The notes beneath the pieces were generated by a model that searched no databases, was not told where the DNA came from, and saw only the letters and a list, made by a program, of their open reading frames with translations. Of a stretch of DNA of 64,000 nucleotides, positions 50,703-62,260 are shown piece after piece. The stretch is taken from assembly GCF_000143415.4 (NCBI RefSeq), contig NW_003314288.1, positions 1,120,047-1,184,046 of the forward strand. The letters run 5' to 3'. The DNA comes from Selaginella moellendorffii. Lineage: Eukaryota > Plantae > Lycopodiophyta. Position 1 is the stretch's first letter. Every line of letters starts with the position of its first letter. The translations under genes were made by a program, and so were the position numbers.

Positions 50703-51959
50703 AAATAAATTACAAATGTATAATCAGTGTATATTATTACCTTTATTCATCTGAAAAACTTGAAGTGAACATATCTTATCATTTATGAAAATACATATAA
50801 CAATAGTATCTTTTAATTTTAACCAATAAGTTACATTCTAAAATACATTTATAAATTGATATTGGGTTTTGAAAGGACCAAATTTTATTTTTACTATTAA
50901 TATTCAATATTAAAAATGACATAACAAGTTTTCTAATAATATATCATATTCTAGTATTTTTCCCTTATGCCAAAATAAGAAGGTTACCACTATTTTAATT
51001 ATTGTATTTAATATTTTAAAACTAATCTTGGGTTATAGTTGCAATTTTTAATTACTATACCATTGACTAACACTATAGCTATAAATTAATAATATCTATA
51101 AATTTATTATTATAATTTGCAACTAGTATCAAGTAAGTTAGAAATTTACTATATAGCTTACAAAGCTAATAAGTTTTATTTAAGTATTTTAGATTTATAA
51201 TAATTTTCAGAAAAATAAATAATTAGTTCTTGAGGTAATTATAGTACTTAAATAATGTAAAATGTTATATTATTTTTGCATAAATTAAATGCTCTTCAAA
51301 TAAGTTTTATATTTTGTTAATTGTTTTCAAGTAATATAAATGATGTATTAAAAATTACCAAGAATAGTAAACTTACCAGTAAAATATTAATTAATTCATG
51401 ATGTATCAATAAATTTTCATTACTTTTTCTGTTTTGTTAAATTTGCAACAGAAGAAATAAAAACATTATTATAATTCTACATAGAAAACTGGTTATTTTT
51501 ATCATAGTTTATGAAAATTTGAGTGTAAAGAAATATATAAATAAAATAAATAACATATAATTTCCATCATTGATCCAAATAATAAAATTATACTAATGCC
51601 CACATATGGTTCAATTTGGTGAAAAGTTTAAAATATAATTATTATGTTTGACAATAAATCCAATAAATGTATCTTAATCAAAACAGAAAAACCTTTTACA
51701 TCTATTTCCTATTATTTTAAATAAGATTCATTTAGATGAACTTTTACTTTTAACCTTTTATACTTGATTGTCTACAACAATATTATATATGAAAAGCTAA
51801 CGTTATCACTCACTCACCAAAATGTGATAATCCAAAACCAAAATTAATATGGTATATACTTGCTTAATTGCGAAATCAAATCTCATGGTGGCACGGTTTA
51901 CTTGTTAAATCGCAGAATGGCATCAGCAACTTTCACCGTGATCCACCAAGATTTTTTCT

Positions 51960-52320
51960 TCATAGATTTCTCGCCATGTTCTTTATGATCTTCCTCTTAC
52001 TGCATAAAGTTTCATGCTCGGATCCTGATCGATCCAGTGCAACTTTCGCGTGGTGTTCACGTAGAGTATCCACTGCTGAGCAATGACTAACTGTCCAAGC
52101 CATATTAACCATCGACGCCTTCGTCTTCAGCGGTTTGCTCAGTCCAGCCGATCCCAGCTGGAGCACACTGGAGCACTTCTGGGGCGAGCGTCACTCTAGG
52201 TGACTACGCCACACTCTTTCGCCCAGCTTGCCTTGTGAAGCGCAGACTCATCCCTCCTCACACATCCTCGAACCTCCAGTTTGTATACGTATTTTCCACG
52301 GAGTGTATGCCCAACGTCAT
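51960..52320 (+). pseudogene. Germin-like remnant
   Basis: KVSCSDPD, TIDAFVFSGLLSPADPS, LIPPHT; upstream TACTTGTTAA.TCGCAG motif shared with other germin copies; many indels. Confidence 0.78.
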
Positions 52321-52475
52321 TGACCACAGACATTTGAAATTAGTAATACCATGTCAGCGGGATGACAATGTCTTACCGCAATCTTCTCCAATGTTGTGGC
52401 GTAAGAAAATCAAGTACAAATAGGAGGGCTTATATTGTTTCATCTGAGTTGGTCTTAGCTCATCTCGTGTTCTTG

Positions 52476-52844
52476 ATGGCTTCTTCGACATCGCTGTTGG
52501 CTGTTGCTTGGCTGGTTTCCATGGTTGCAGGCCAAGAGCTACATCACTGCACCGAGGACAGGAACGTTGCCTACTACACCGGAGAGATCGACTTCTCCAC
52601 CCCATACGCCACCAATCAGAATCGTCTCCTCGACATCCTCAATGACACGGGCAGGGACTCTTTCATCTACACCAGCGTTGGAAGCGCTCCACACATCGGT
52701 TACGGTCGTGCTAAGTGCAATGGCAACTGCGGTAATCGTCTCGTTAAGGCCAGAAACACCATAAAAAACGCCGTTTCACGGGCTCTGGGTGCTTGCCTCT
52801 GCACCGATGCTTGCTACTTGCGCTACGAGAATTACAGTTTCTAG
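52476..52844 (+). CDS. Small secreted single-domain Gnk2/DUF26-like protein (122 aa)
   Basis: Signal-peptide-like MASSTSLLAVAWLVSMVAG, YATNQNRLLDIL, YGRAKC and the C-terminal CYLRYENYSF typical of DUF26. Confidence 0.75.
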   Translation: MASSTSLLAVAWLVSMVAGQELHHCTEDRNVAYYTGEIDFSTPYATNQNRLLDILNDTGRDSFIYTSVGSAPHIGYGRAKCNGNCGNRLVKARNTIKNAVSRALGACLCTDACYLRYENYSF

Positions 52845-52979
52845 ACAAAATACTGCAGTGTCAAACCGATAAAACCGATAAAAGTAAGAAACTGTCAAGC
52901 CAAGAAGCATGAGACCGACCGATGTACGAAGAAACAGCTACTTCATGAGTTTTTGTGGAAGATTGATCTAATATTAGAA

Positions 52980-55900
52980 TTAAGATACACTGTTCTTGCA
53001 GAGATTAGAGAGCAAGACATAGAGCGAGCCTTCACTTGGATCCAGCTCAAATGCACGAGCCGCAACTCCTCCAACCTCCCAGGAGCTCTTGCATGATCCC
53101 ACCAAGATCATCCACGCCAGAGAGTCCGGGTGAAACGGCATGCCGCGAATCAGCTCTCGAGCCTCATCTTCTCGCCCCGCTCGACACAAGAGATCGGTGA
53201 CACACTTGTAGTGTTCCATCGTCGCCCGGATGCCATGCTCCGCCACCAGAAACACAAAGCAGCTCAGTCCCTCCGCTACGAGCCCGCCATGGCTGTACGC
53301 GAGCAACACACACACCGTTGTGACATCGTCGGCCTTGATCCCGTGTTGCTGCATTTCCTGAAAGATCTGCAAAGTTTGCTGTGGGGGAGCATTCCGGGCA
53401 TAGGCTGTGATGAGCGTGTTCCAAGTGATTGTGTTCTTCACCGCCATCTTTTCGAAGAAGCCCCTCGCTCGATCCAGTCGACCACACTTGCTGTACATGT
53501 TTATCACGGCTGATCCCACCACGACATCGCAATCGAGGCCCTCGTCCGCAGCACAGCGATGGATTGTCTCCCCATCTCGTAGCGATGGAATCCCTGCGCA
53601 TGCATCCACTGCGGTGGCAAAGGTGATCTCTTCCGCTCTCACGCCCTCCAGATCCATTTCCCGGAACAAGCACAGAGCTTCTTTGCTATGCCCGTTCTGG
53701 GTGTACGCGGAGATCATCGAGTTCCACGAGAAAACACCCTTCACTGGCATTTGATCGAAAAGGTTTCTCGCATCACCGCATTTTTCGTTGCTTCCATATG
53801 CCGAAATCATGGAATTCCAGGAGATCGCGTCCCAGGAGGGCATCCTTTCAAACGCTTGTCTCGCGGAGTGGATATGCCCAGTCGCGGCATATGCTCGAAG
53901 CAAGGCATTCCACGACGCGGAGCTTCTTCCCGGACATTGACCAAAGACGAGCTTTGCGGAGGATGGGTCCTCACCGGCCTGGAACTGGATCAACATATTC
54001 CAGCTCATGGAGTTGTGCTGTGGCATTCGATTGAAAACGAGGTGGGTTTCGGGGCAAGAGGACGCGAGCAGCGCATTCCACGACACCACATTCCTCTCGG
54101 GCATCTCATCAAACACTGCTCTTGCGTTCCTCGAATCGCCGCGCTGTGCAAACGCAGTGATCATCGTGTTCCAGGATACGACATTCTTGTGGATCATCCT
54201 TCCAAACAACTCTCTCGCGGCATCAAGATCTCCAGTTGCGGCAATCACCGCGTTCTTCGCAGTGACATCCACCTCCGGCATTCGATCCAAAAACTCCATC
54301 CCTCGCTCAACATGACCATTGTCGAGGAGGACTTGGAGCATCGAATTCCACGCAAAGAGGTCGTGCTGAGGCATTCTCTCGAAAGATTCCAGCGCATCAG
54401 AAAGATTCGCCGCGGCACCGTAGCCAACCACAAGCCCCGACCACGAAATCACGTCCCTCTGTAGCATCTCGTCAAACGAGCTCCTTGATTCCAGGATATC
54501 CCCAGCGCGAGAATATGCTTGGATCAAGAGATTCCATGGCACCGTGGACCACTGTGGGAACCTGTGTAGCAAGAGCTTTGCACCCTCGAGATTATCATCC
54601 TGGGTATATGCCTGGAGCATGGACGTCCAAGATACCACGTTGCGTTGCCTCATGGCGTGGAAGATTCCCTCCGCGGCTGACACGTTTCCACACTGGGTAT
54701 ATGCCTGGACCATAGCGTTCCAGGGGAGAATATCCCACTGTGGCATCTTGTCAAGTGTGTGCTGCGCGAGTTCTACATTGCCACTCGCGATGCACGCTTG
54801 GATCGTTGAGTTCCAACTCACGAGATCTCTTTGTGGCATCTGGGCGAAGAATGTGTGATCCACTCCAACGCCAATCACTGTGTTGAGCGAGATGATGTTC
54901 CACTGGGGCATCTTATGAAAGAGCGGCCAAGGATCACAGCAACATTGGATGAATCCCGCAAGTAGGCAATTCCATGAGAATAGATTGTGCTGCGACAATC
55001 GATCAAAGATGTTCTTGGCGGATTTGACGTCGCCTTGCTGTGCCCTTGCCCGGATCATTGCATTGCAAGCGATGGTGCTACTCGACTGGGACGGCATCAC
55101 ATCGAAGAGTGCCATCGCGGCATCCAGATCGCCATTGTGGATGCATCCCAGGATGATCGCACTCCAGCAAGAATCGTCCCATTCCGGCATTCGCCCGAAG
55201 GCCTCTCTCGCGTCATCCAGGCGGCCTTGATCATTTGCCAGGGATTGGATCAGGCCTGTCCAGGAGATGATATCGTGCTGTGGCATCTGATCGAAGAGCT
55301 CGAGCGCGATTTCTAGATGCCCGTGCTGCGAGAAAGCGAGGCTCATCACATTCCAAGAAGCGGTTGTGAAAGCCGGCATCGCAGCAAAGGTCCGCGCTAC
55401 CTCCTCCAAATCTCCTCTTTGGGCATTTGCTGATAGCAAGGCAGTCCAGGAGACTATATCCCTGTTGTTCATCTCATAAAACATTGCTATAGCGAGATCA
55501 ATTTTTCCAGCGTTGGTGTATGCTTGGATCATTGTGTTCCAGGAAACCGTGTCTGGATCGGGCATCAAATCGAAGAGATTTCCAGCTTCTTCCAGATCCC
55601 CGTGATGGGCAAGTGCCGAGATCATCGTATTCCAGGACACGACACTGCGATGCGGCATTGTATCGAAGAAAAACCTCGCGCTGTGTGTGTCCTTGCTCTG
55701 GACGAACGCCGCGAGCATGATATTCCAGGAGAAGACGTTCTTGTGAGAGATCTCCGAGAAGGCGGCCATGGCGTCGGCCACGCTTCCACAGGCGCCATAC
55801 ATTTGGACGAGGAGATTGCCGAGAAATGTGCCTCGATCGAGAGCTCCCCCGGCCCTGGCGATCTGGGAATGGACGCGCTTCGCCGCCACCAGGCATCTCG

Positions 55901-56000
55901 CGCTCGCGCATTGGCGCACCAGGGAGCGGTAGCCCTGCGCGCCATCGCTGCTGGCCTCTGTGCTGATCCATCGCCTAGCGCATCGATTCCTAGGGAGCAT
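52980..56000 (-). CDS. PLS-class PPR protein, E-type (~1006 aa), with a long array of 31-aa repeats
   Basis: Uninterrupted ORF. Likely start MLPRNRCARRWIST (transit-peptide-like) at 56000; more than 25 PPR motifs; ends PDSLAWMILVGSC...YVLLSN. No DYW. Confidence 0.9.
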   Translation of the reverse strand: MLPRNRCARRWISTEASSDGAQGYRSLVRQCASARCLVAAKRVHSQIARAGGALDRGTFLGNLLVQMYGACGSVADAMAAFSEISHKNVFSWNIMLAAFVQSKDTHSARFFFDTMPHRSVVSWNTMISALAHHGDLEEAGNLFDLMPDPDTVSWNTMIQAYTNAGKIDLAIAMFYEMNNRDIVSWTALLSANAQRGDLEEVARTFAAMPAFTTASWNVMSLAFSQHGHLEIALELFDQMPQHDIISWTGLIQSLANDQGRLDDAREAFGRMPEWDDSCWSAIILGCIHNGDLDAAMALFDVMPSQSSSTIACNAMIRARAQQGDVKSAKNIFDRLSQHNLFSWNCLLAGFIQCCCDPWPLFHKMPQWNIISLNTVIGVGVDHTFFAQMPQRDLVSWNSTIQACIASGNVELAQHTLDKMPQWDILPWNAMVQAYTQCGNVSAAEGIFHAMRQRNVVSWTSMLQAYTQDDNLEGAKLLLHRFPQWSTVPWNLLIQAYSRAGDILESRSSFDEMLQRDVISWSGLVVGYGAAANLSDALESFERMPQHDLFAWNSMLQVLLDNGHVERGMEFLDRMPEVDVTAKNAVIAATGDLDAARELFGRMIHKNVVSWNTMITAFAQRGDSRNARAVFDEMPERNVVSWNALLASSCPETHLVFNRMPQHNSMSWNMLIQFQAGEDPSSAKLVFGQCPGRSSASWNALLRAYAATGHIHSARQAFERMPSWDAISWNSMISAYGSNEKCGDARNLFDQMPVKGVFSWNSMISAYTQNGHSKEALCLFREMDLEGVRAEEITFATAVDACAGIPSLRDGETIHRCAADEGLDCDVVVGSAVINMYSKCGRLDRARGFFEKMAVKNTITWNTLITAYARNAPPQQTLQIFQEMQQHGIKADDVTTVCVLLAYSHGGLVAEGLSCFVFLVAEHGIRATMEHYKCVTDLLCRAGREDEARELIRGMPFHPDSLAWMILVGSCKSSWEVGGVAARAFELDPSEGSLYVLLSNLCKNSVS

Positions 56001-56063
56001 CCAAAGGCATGGCGAGCATTCTTCTTGGGCTCTTAGGGTTCTTTCATTCCCTATGGATTTTCC

Positions 56064-58685
56064 ATGGTCCCAATGCGTCGATGCCTTGGATCGGCAATGC
56101 AGCGGCAGGCGCTCCAGATGCTGGACCTCAATCGGATTGATCTTTCCGGGTTGCGGCTCAATCGCGACACCAGTGTGTGGCTCCTCCGGCAATGCGACAA
56201 CCTAGAGCAAGGTAGACGGATCCATTCCGAGCTCGCAAGAACAGGGATAGATTCGGAGACGCTGCTGGGAAATACGCTCGTCCAGATGTATGGCAAGTGT
56301 GGGAACTTGGCAGAAGCTCGAGCAGCGTTCGATGGAATCGCGGAGAAGAATGTCTTCTCCTGGAGCATCATCATCGGGCTGTATTCTCGTCACAGGCTCT
56401 CGAGAGAGGCGATCGAGCTGTTCCACGCGATGGATGTGAGGCCGAATTGCGTGACTTTCATCAACACTTTGGGAGCTTGCTCCAGCGCCGAGTTTCTAGA
56501 GACTGGAAAGAAGATCCACGCCCAGATCGTCGCGGGAGAGGTGGAACTCGAGCTAAATCTCGCGAATTCCTTGATCAGCATGTACAGCAATTGTGGAAGC
56601 TTGGTGGACGCAAAAAGATTCTTCGATGGGATGAATCGCAGGAATGTTGTCTCATGGAATTGTATCATCGCAGCATTTTCCGGGCACGGGCATTACAGAG
56701 AGGCGGTGGACTTGTTCTACGAGATGGAGAAACAGGGATTCAAGCCTGACCGGGTAAGCTTTGTGTCGGTCTTTAGTGCTTGCTCCATTCTAGAGGATTT
56801 GTCCCAAGGCAGGAGAATTCACGCTCGGTTTTGTGATGGCAGGATGAAGCTGGATGTTTCAATCGGGAACACGCTCCTCAACATGTATGCCAGGTGTGGG
56901 AGCTTGGATGATGCAAGGTTGGTGTTTGATTCGATTACGTCCAGAAACATAGTCTCATGGACTTCGATGATCGCAGCGTACGCCCAGTTCGATCGCTTTC
57001 ACGATGCATACGAAGTGTTCCAGAAAATGGGAGTAGCACCGAATGAAGTTACGTTCATCACGATCCTCGGGGCCTGCGCTGAAGCCAGAGCTTTGAAGCA
57101 AGCCAGAGAGATCCACAGCCTGGTGCTAACGAGTGGGATCCTCGAGAAGCAGCAACTTACAGTGGGAAATGGCTTGATCAACACGTACGCGAAGTGTGGG
57201 AGCTTGAGCGACGCAAAAACGGTCTTTGAGAGCATGGCCACCGCGGAGAGGAACGTCGTGACTTGGACGAGCATCATCGCGGCTTGTGGACTCTGTGGAC
57301 ACCCGCGCGAAGCTCTGGCTTTGTTCCATCGCATGGAACTCGAAGGCATACCAGCGAACGAGATTACTTTCGGGACGGTTCTTTCGGCTTGCGCAGACTT
57401 GGGAAGCACAAGAGAAGCTCGGTATCTTCACGGGCTTATCGTCTCAGGTGGCTACGATCGAGACACAGTGGTCTGTAATGGACTGATCAACATGTTCGGC
57501 AAATGCGGTATGCTGGAAGATGCAAGAGCCATTTTTGAGAGGATGAGAAGCAGGAATCTCGTCACTTGGACAGGAATGCTAGGAGCTTACATCCAGCAGC
57601 AAGAAATCAGACAGGCAGTGTCGCTGTTCCAGCAGATGGAAGTGGAAGGAATCACTCCCAACATAGTTACGATGGTGAGCATCATAGTCGGATGTTCTAG
57701 CAGCAACACTCTGGAGCTTGATCCGCTGGAAGCCGCAAAGTCGATCCATCGTTCCTGTATAGTCGGCACCGAGATGGAGGCTGACACTCTGGTGGGAACT
57801 GCCGTGGTCGACATGTACGTGAAGTCCGGGGACATGATCCAGGCGAGAGAAGCCTTCGAGAGAATCTCCTACAAGGACGTGATGGCTTGGACTACAATGG
57901 TGGCGGCTTACGCTCAGGCTGGCTATGCCGACGAAGCGCTCAAGCTCTACGCGAGAATGGGACTGGAGGGTGTAGCTCCGGACGAGATCACTTTCGTCAA
58001 CCTCTTGCACGCCTGCTCGAGAATGGGGGCGAAGAAAGAAGGCTGGACGATTCGCTCCCACATCCTCGAGCGTGGTCTTCCGAGCTCCAGAGTTTTGGGA
58101 AACGGGCTGGTTTGCTTCTACGGTGCGTGTGGAACTTGGCTCCAGGCGAAGATGGTCTTCGAGAACTTGGCAGAGCGAGACTCTGCGGCATGGAACGCTG
58201 CGATCGGTGTCTCCGGCCAGCACGGTTTCTACGACGAATCTCTCCGGCTGTTCGAGCGGATGGTGTTGGAAGGAATGGAGCCGGACGAGATCACCTTCAC
58301 CAACGTTCTCTTCTCGTGTAGCCACAGTGGAGAGATCGAGCGAGCCTGGCGGTGGTTTCTCGTGATGAGAGGCGATCACGGCATGGAACCCAATGTGGAG
58401 CACTGGGGCTGCCTGGCGGATCTCTTTGGGCGATTGGGATGGATCGACGAGGCCGAGAGACTGGTGAGTTTCCTGCCAAGAACAAGAGCTTCCATCGCTT
58501 GGACGACCCTTCTCAGCGGCTGCAAAGTCCATGGCGATGTCTCCACTGCCGAGCGAGCGGCGGAGCGCGCCATGGCTGTGGATCCAAGCAAATCCTCGCC
58601 GTACGTTCTCCTCTCGCATCTCTACCGCTGCGGGCATTTGAATTTGGCGGGAGAGTTTGTAAACGGGCGGCTGGGATGCGTTTAA
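56064..58685 (+). CDS. PLS-class PPR protein, E-type (873 aa)
   Basis: Uninterrupted ORF with canonical P-L-S triplets (MYGKCG, VSWN, PNEITF) and E motifs (AWTTLLSGCKVHGD...SPYVLLS). Confidence 0.92.
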   Translation: MVPMRRCLGSAMQRQALQMLDLNRIDLSGLRLNRDTSVWLLRQCDNLEQGRRIHSELARTGIDSETLLGNTLVQMYGKCGNLAEARAAFDGIAEKNVFSWSIIIGLYSRHRLSREAIELFHAMDVRPNCVTFINTLGACSSAEFLETGKKIHAQIVAGEVELELNLANSLISMYSNCGSLVDAKRFFDGMNRRNVVSWNCIIAAFSGHGHYREAVDLFYEMEKQGFKPDRVSFVSVFSACSILEDLSQGRRIHARFCDGRMKLDVSIGNTLLNMYARCGSLDDARLVFDSITSRNIVSWTSMIAAYAQFDRFHDAYEVFQKMGVAPNEVTFITILGACAEARALKQAREIHSLVLTSGILEKQQLTVGNGLINTYAKCGSLSDAKTVFESMATAERNVVTWTSIIAACGLCGHPREALALFHRMELEGIPANEITFGTVLSACADLGSTREARYLHGLIVSGGYDRDTVVCNGLINMFGKCGMLEDARAIFERMRSRNLVTWTGMLGAYIQQQEIRQAVSLFQQMEVEGITPNIVTMVSIIVGCSSSNTLELDPLEAAKSIHRSCIVGTEMEADTLVGTAVVDMYVKSGDMIQAREAFERISYKDVMAWTTMVAAYAQAGYADEALKLYARMGLEGVAPDEITFVNLLHACSRMGAKKEGWTIRSHILERGLPSSRVLGNGLVCFYGACGTWLQAKMVFENLAERDSAAWNAAIGVSGQHGFYDESLRLFERMVLEGMEPDEITFTNVLFSCSHSGEIERAWRWFLVMRGDHGMEPNVEHWGCLADLFGRLGWIDEAERLVSFLPRTRASIAWTTLLSGCKVHGDVSTAERAAERAMAVDPSKSSPYVLLSHLYRCGHLNLAGEFVNGRLGCV

Positions 58686-58739
58686 TCGTGGCTATAGGAT
58701 GGAATGGAGATCGACGGTGGGCGGGCAACCCTTGCTCAA

Positions 58740-59978
58740 ATGGCGAAGAGAAAGCGCAAGGGCGCGGCAGCTCCTGCCAAAGGCGATGGAGGCGATGGCG
58801 GCGATGGGGGCGAGGCGGTGGAGAATGACGCAGGCGCCAGCTCCCCCCAGTGCTTGTATGAGGTAGGCGATCGGTTCTTTGCTTAGTTTCGCATTTTATG
58901 GGCTGGTGTTAGATCCTTGGGGTTGAGCGGACGGCTTCCCAGGCGGAGATCAAGAAGGCTTATCACAAGCTTGCTCTGCGATTACATCCGGACAAGAATC
59001 CGGAAGACAAGGTTTGGCTTTCAAGAAGAAGGTTCTTCCTCACTGGTTTTTTCTGTGTAGGACGCCAATGAAAAATTTCAATCGCTCCAGAATGTTTTTG
59101 CCGTCCTGGGTGATCCTGAAAAGAGAGCTCTGTACGACGAAACTGGATCTGTTGAAGACGCTGTAAGTTCTCCATTTTTTTCTTTCTCTTCTCGTTTCCT
59201 TGTTTATCTTTCTACTCTTGCAGGAGTTATTGGGGGATCGTGGCAAATCACTCTATGAGTACTTTAGGACGATCTACAAGGTGTGTGGATTTTTCTGCTA
59301 TTTCTCTAGATTGGTTCTTATCAAAGATACATTAGCCTGTCACTGAAGAAGATATCGAGGCGTTTGCAGCAGCATACAGAGGCTCTGACACAGAGAAAAA
59401 AGATCTCAAGGAGTTGTACACAAAATGCAAAGGCAACATGAACCTGTACGTGAAAAGATCTCTAGATTGTATGTGCACGTACTCACATGTGATTCTATGC
59501 AGAGTCTTTGGGATGCTCATGTGCTCAGAGCCCAAGCTTGACTCGCATCGTTTTATGGAGGTGATCGATGAAGCAATTGCTTCTGGTAAGCCTTTTTTAT
59601 CTATGCGAGCTTTGAAGTCTTATCTTTTTCTCGATTCCTTCTTTCAGGGGAGTTAAAGTCGACTAACACATATCGTAAATGGGCCAAGAAGACTGCAACG
59701 CAGCCGGCTCCTGCCGATCCCTTCGAGTATGTCAGCTGTTTTTAAGTGGAAATTTACTTTTTGCCATTTTTTGTAGGAGACGGCAGAACCCCCCTGAAAA
59801 CTTACTTGCAGCCATACAGTCCCGTCAAAAACGGATGAATTCACTTACCTCTGCGCTAGAGGCGAAGTATGGCGGCAAGAAGAAAGAGAAGAATGCCATG
59901 CCTCAGGAACCATCCGAGGAAGAGTTTGAAGCAGCGAGGCAGAGGCTCAAAGCCAAGGGGAAAGCAAAAAAAGCTTAG
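58740..59978 (+). CDS. DnaJ/Hsp40 protein, DNAJC9 / Arabidopsis J6-like, multi-exon
   Basis: Exons 58740-58862, 58913-59011 ([29 protein letters not shown]) and 59061-59162 (EKFQ...[14 protein letters not shown]), then [38 protein letters not shown] and [14 protein letters not shown]. Short GT-AG introns. Confidence 0.9.
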
Positions 59979-60122
59979 CTACAAGGTTTGCATGCTGGTG
60001 GTCGCTAATCATGGACTTGCTAACTGAGAGTAACGTGGCAGCGCGCCTGGTTTTATTCTGGACCTTGGACGTTGTAAAGGTATGTAGTTTGATCATCTCC
60101 AAATCCAGTCATGACGTCGTCA

Positions 60123-60389
60123 ATGACTTTCTTTTCTTTTTTGCTTTGCAGTCTTGTACGCGTCTATGGCTACTCTACATGAATTGTCTTCCGATCCCGA
60201 TCCTGTCCGTGTGGCAGACCTCAACGATTATCCCTGCAAGCCGTATGTCAACGTGACGATCGACGACTTCGTCTTCAGCATTCCCGCCGATCCCAGCCAG
60301 GCCCCCCTCGGGAACCAGCGGCACTCCAGCCAACGTCGAGACCTTCACGGAGGGCTTTTCGTTTTGCTCGGCTCGACTTTGTGGAGGGT
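60123..60389 (+). pseudogene. Germin-like pseudogene (5' part)
   Basis: SSDPDP...VADLNDYPCKPYVNVTIDDFVFS; frameshifted and truncated; direct-repeat partner of the 62261 copy. Confidence 0.85.
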
Positions 60390-62260
60390 AGAGGATCGAG
60401 CTTGATCTTGGCGAGGTCTCAAAGTTTGGAGATCCGAGAGCGAGTATCTAGCGCCACTGGTTATAGAAGAGTAGAAGGGGATCAACTGCTCACCTCGTTC
60501 GTCTGGTGATTGATGCGTCGTGGGGAGATCATTGATCTGCTTCCTTGAAGCGGGAAGTTTGCTGCAAGTTTGTCTTTCTGTGATTTAACTAAGTATTTTG
60601 CTGGATGGATTGATTAGAGTAGAAATGCTTGTGTCTATTTAAACTATGAGTTCCTCAATCGCCCTACTATGTTGGACAAACATAGTTTCCTGAATCCAAA
60701 CATCAGGTTTGGGTCACGAAATTTTGAGAATTTTGATAAAGCTACGAGGATGCGCCATCGCAGGAGAGAACGACGACAAGCGAGTACACTCACGCCCCCG
60801 GCTAGATAGCACTCGCTTTCACTCAAGCTGGATGCCCAAGCTGCTGGCAACCTGATCCCAGTCGAAAAGCCCTGGTTAAGATCTTTTTTTTCCCCCTTTA
60901 TTTCTTGGACTGGTCTAAACTGGCACCAGCAGTGAAGAGAGGACTTCCAGGTAGTAGCAGTGTCACACTGTGGGCTGTACATCTGAAGGGGTTTTTTATA
61001 TCTCTAGGAAGATGTAGATGCCATACAGATGAAGATGCCTCAGTAGGAGAGACGAGGCTAAAACTGATAAGGCACAAACTTCACAACTACTAACATGCAT
61101 TTGTGGAGTGAGCAACATAAGATCAGACTCTAATTCCATTGATTCCATGCATCAAACTCATATGGTTTTTTAGAGGTTAAATATGAAAAACCCCATTGAC
61201 AAATTGACTTCAGTTGCAGCTGTTATACCAATACCAACTGAACTAGCACTGGTTGCACTTACTATTGTCCTGGACAGACATTGGTTACACTTGCTATTGT
61301 ACCAGTAACCTTGCCACAGCTTTGTGCCTAGGCCTTTGTGATGCCATTGCCAACTTCCACAAGGAGCATGACTACCATGACAATGAAGGCCACGCAAAAA
61401 GAATAGCTCATCACCATTGCCATTAGCAGAGAATTCTCCTTGATTGAGACGAGAAATATTTTGTAAAAAAGTTTGCTATGAGAAGTTTTGATTTGTGAGA
61501 TGGATAAGTAATGCTTAGAAGTACGTGTATGTCAATATTATATTTGTGGCCTATACATAGTATATACAGGGGGATTTTTTTTGGACGATGGAAAGAAGAA
61601 ATATTGATATGAATATGGCTAGCCGCTGATTTTCAGATGTTTGTTTCAACACAATTTGGCCTGATCTCCGGTTGTGTCCGTGGAGACAAAAATCATGTAA
61701 ACTCTTGAGATGAAATTAAATAGATTACTAACAGCACAAGCAACATTTTTACATTGCATGAAATCTTTTTATTCTAGAACATTTCTCACAAGATCTACAA
61801 CACACATTTATTCTTGTTTTTTGGTGCAACATGGTGTGAAGTCTGTAACGTAACTCGCTGGTCATCTAGCAAATATGACTAAACAATTGATACACTTGCG
61901 AGAGGACGATAATGCTAATTTTCTAGGATCACTTCTACTACTGTCGTCGATCAATTTGCAAGGATCGAGGTCTCTCGATCCGTCTTACGATGCAAACCAG
62001 GCATCGTGGAATAACGGATTCATCTCCCGTGACTTTTACATGCTGTAAAAAGAAATGTTGGCATACTCAACAAAAGATCCTCGGCCTCTTTGCCGCGAGG
62101 CAGAGGTTAAAGGCCAATGAGAAAGCAAAAAAACGTTTGCATGCTAAAGTTGGGAGCAACGTGGCAGCAAGTCTGCTTTTCGGAGCTGCATTATATTCTG
62201 GACCTTGGACCCTGCAAAGTTATGTAGTCTGATCCCCTCCAAATCCAGCGACATAGCCAT

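Noticed and set aside
50375-50788. ORFs rich in YI/IH repeats
   Set aside because: Translations of the TA/TACA microsatellite.
50700-51860. Extremely AT-rich tract as a possible MITE or organellar insertion
   Set aside because: No TIRs, TSD, gene or RNA signature could be identified by eye.
56001-56192. N-terminal 64-aa extension of the minus-strand PPR ORF
   Set aside because: It begins at a non-ATG codon within the opposite gene; the ATG at 56000 gives a more plausible transit peptide.
53130-58828. Numerous antisense or alternate-frame ORFs up to 352 aa over the PPR genes
   Set aside because: Shadow ORFs of GC-rich, repetitive coding sequence with no recognisable motifs.
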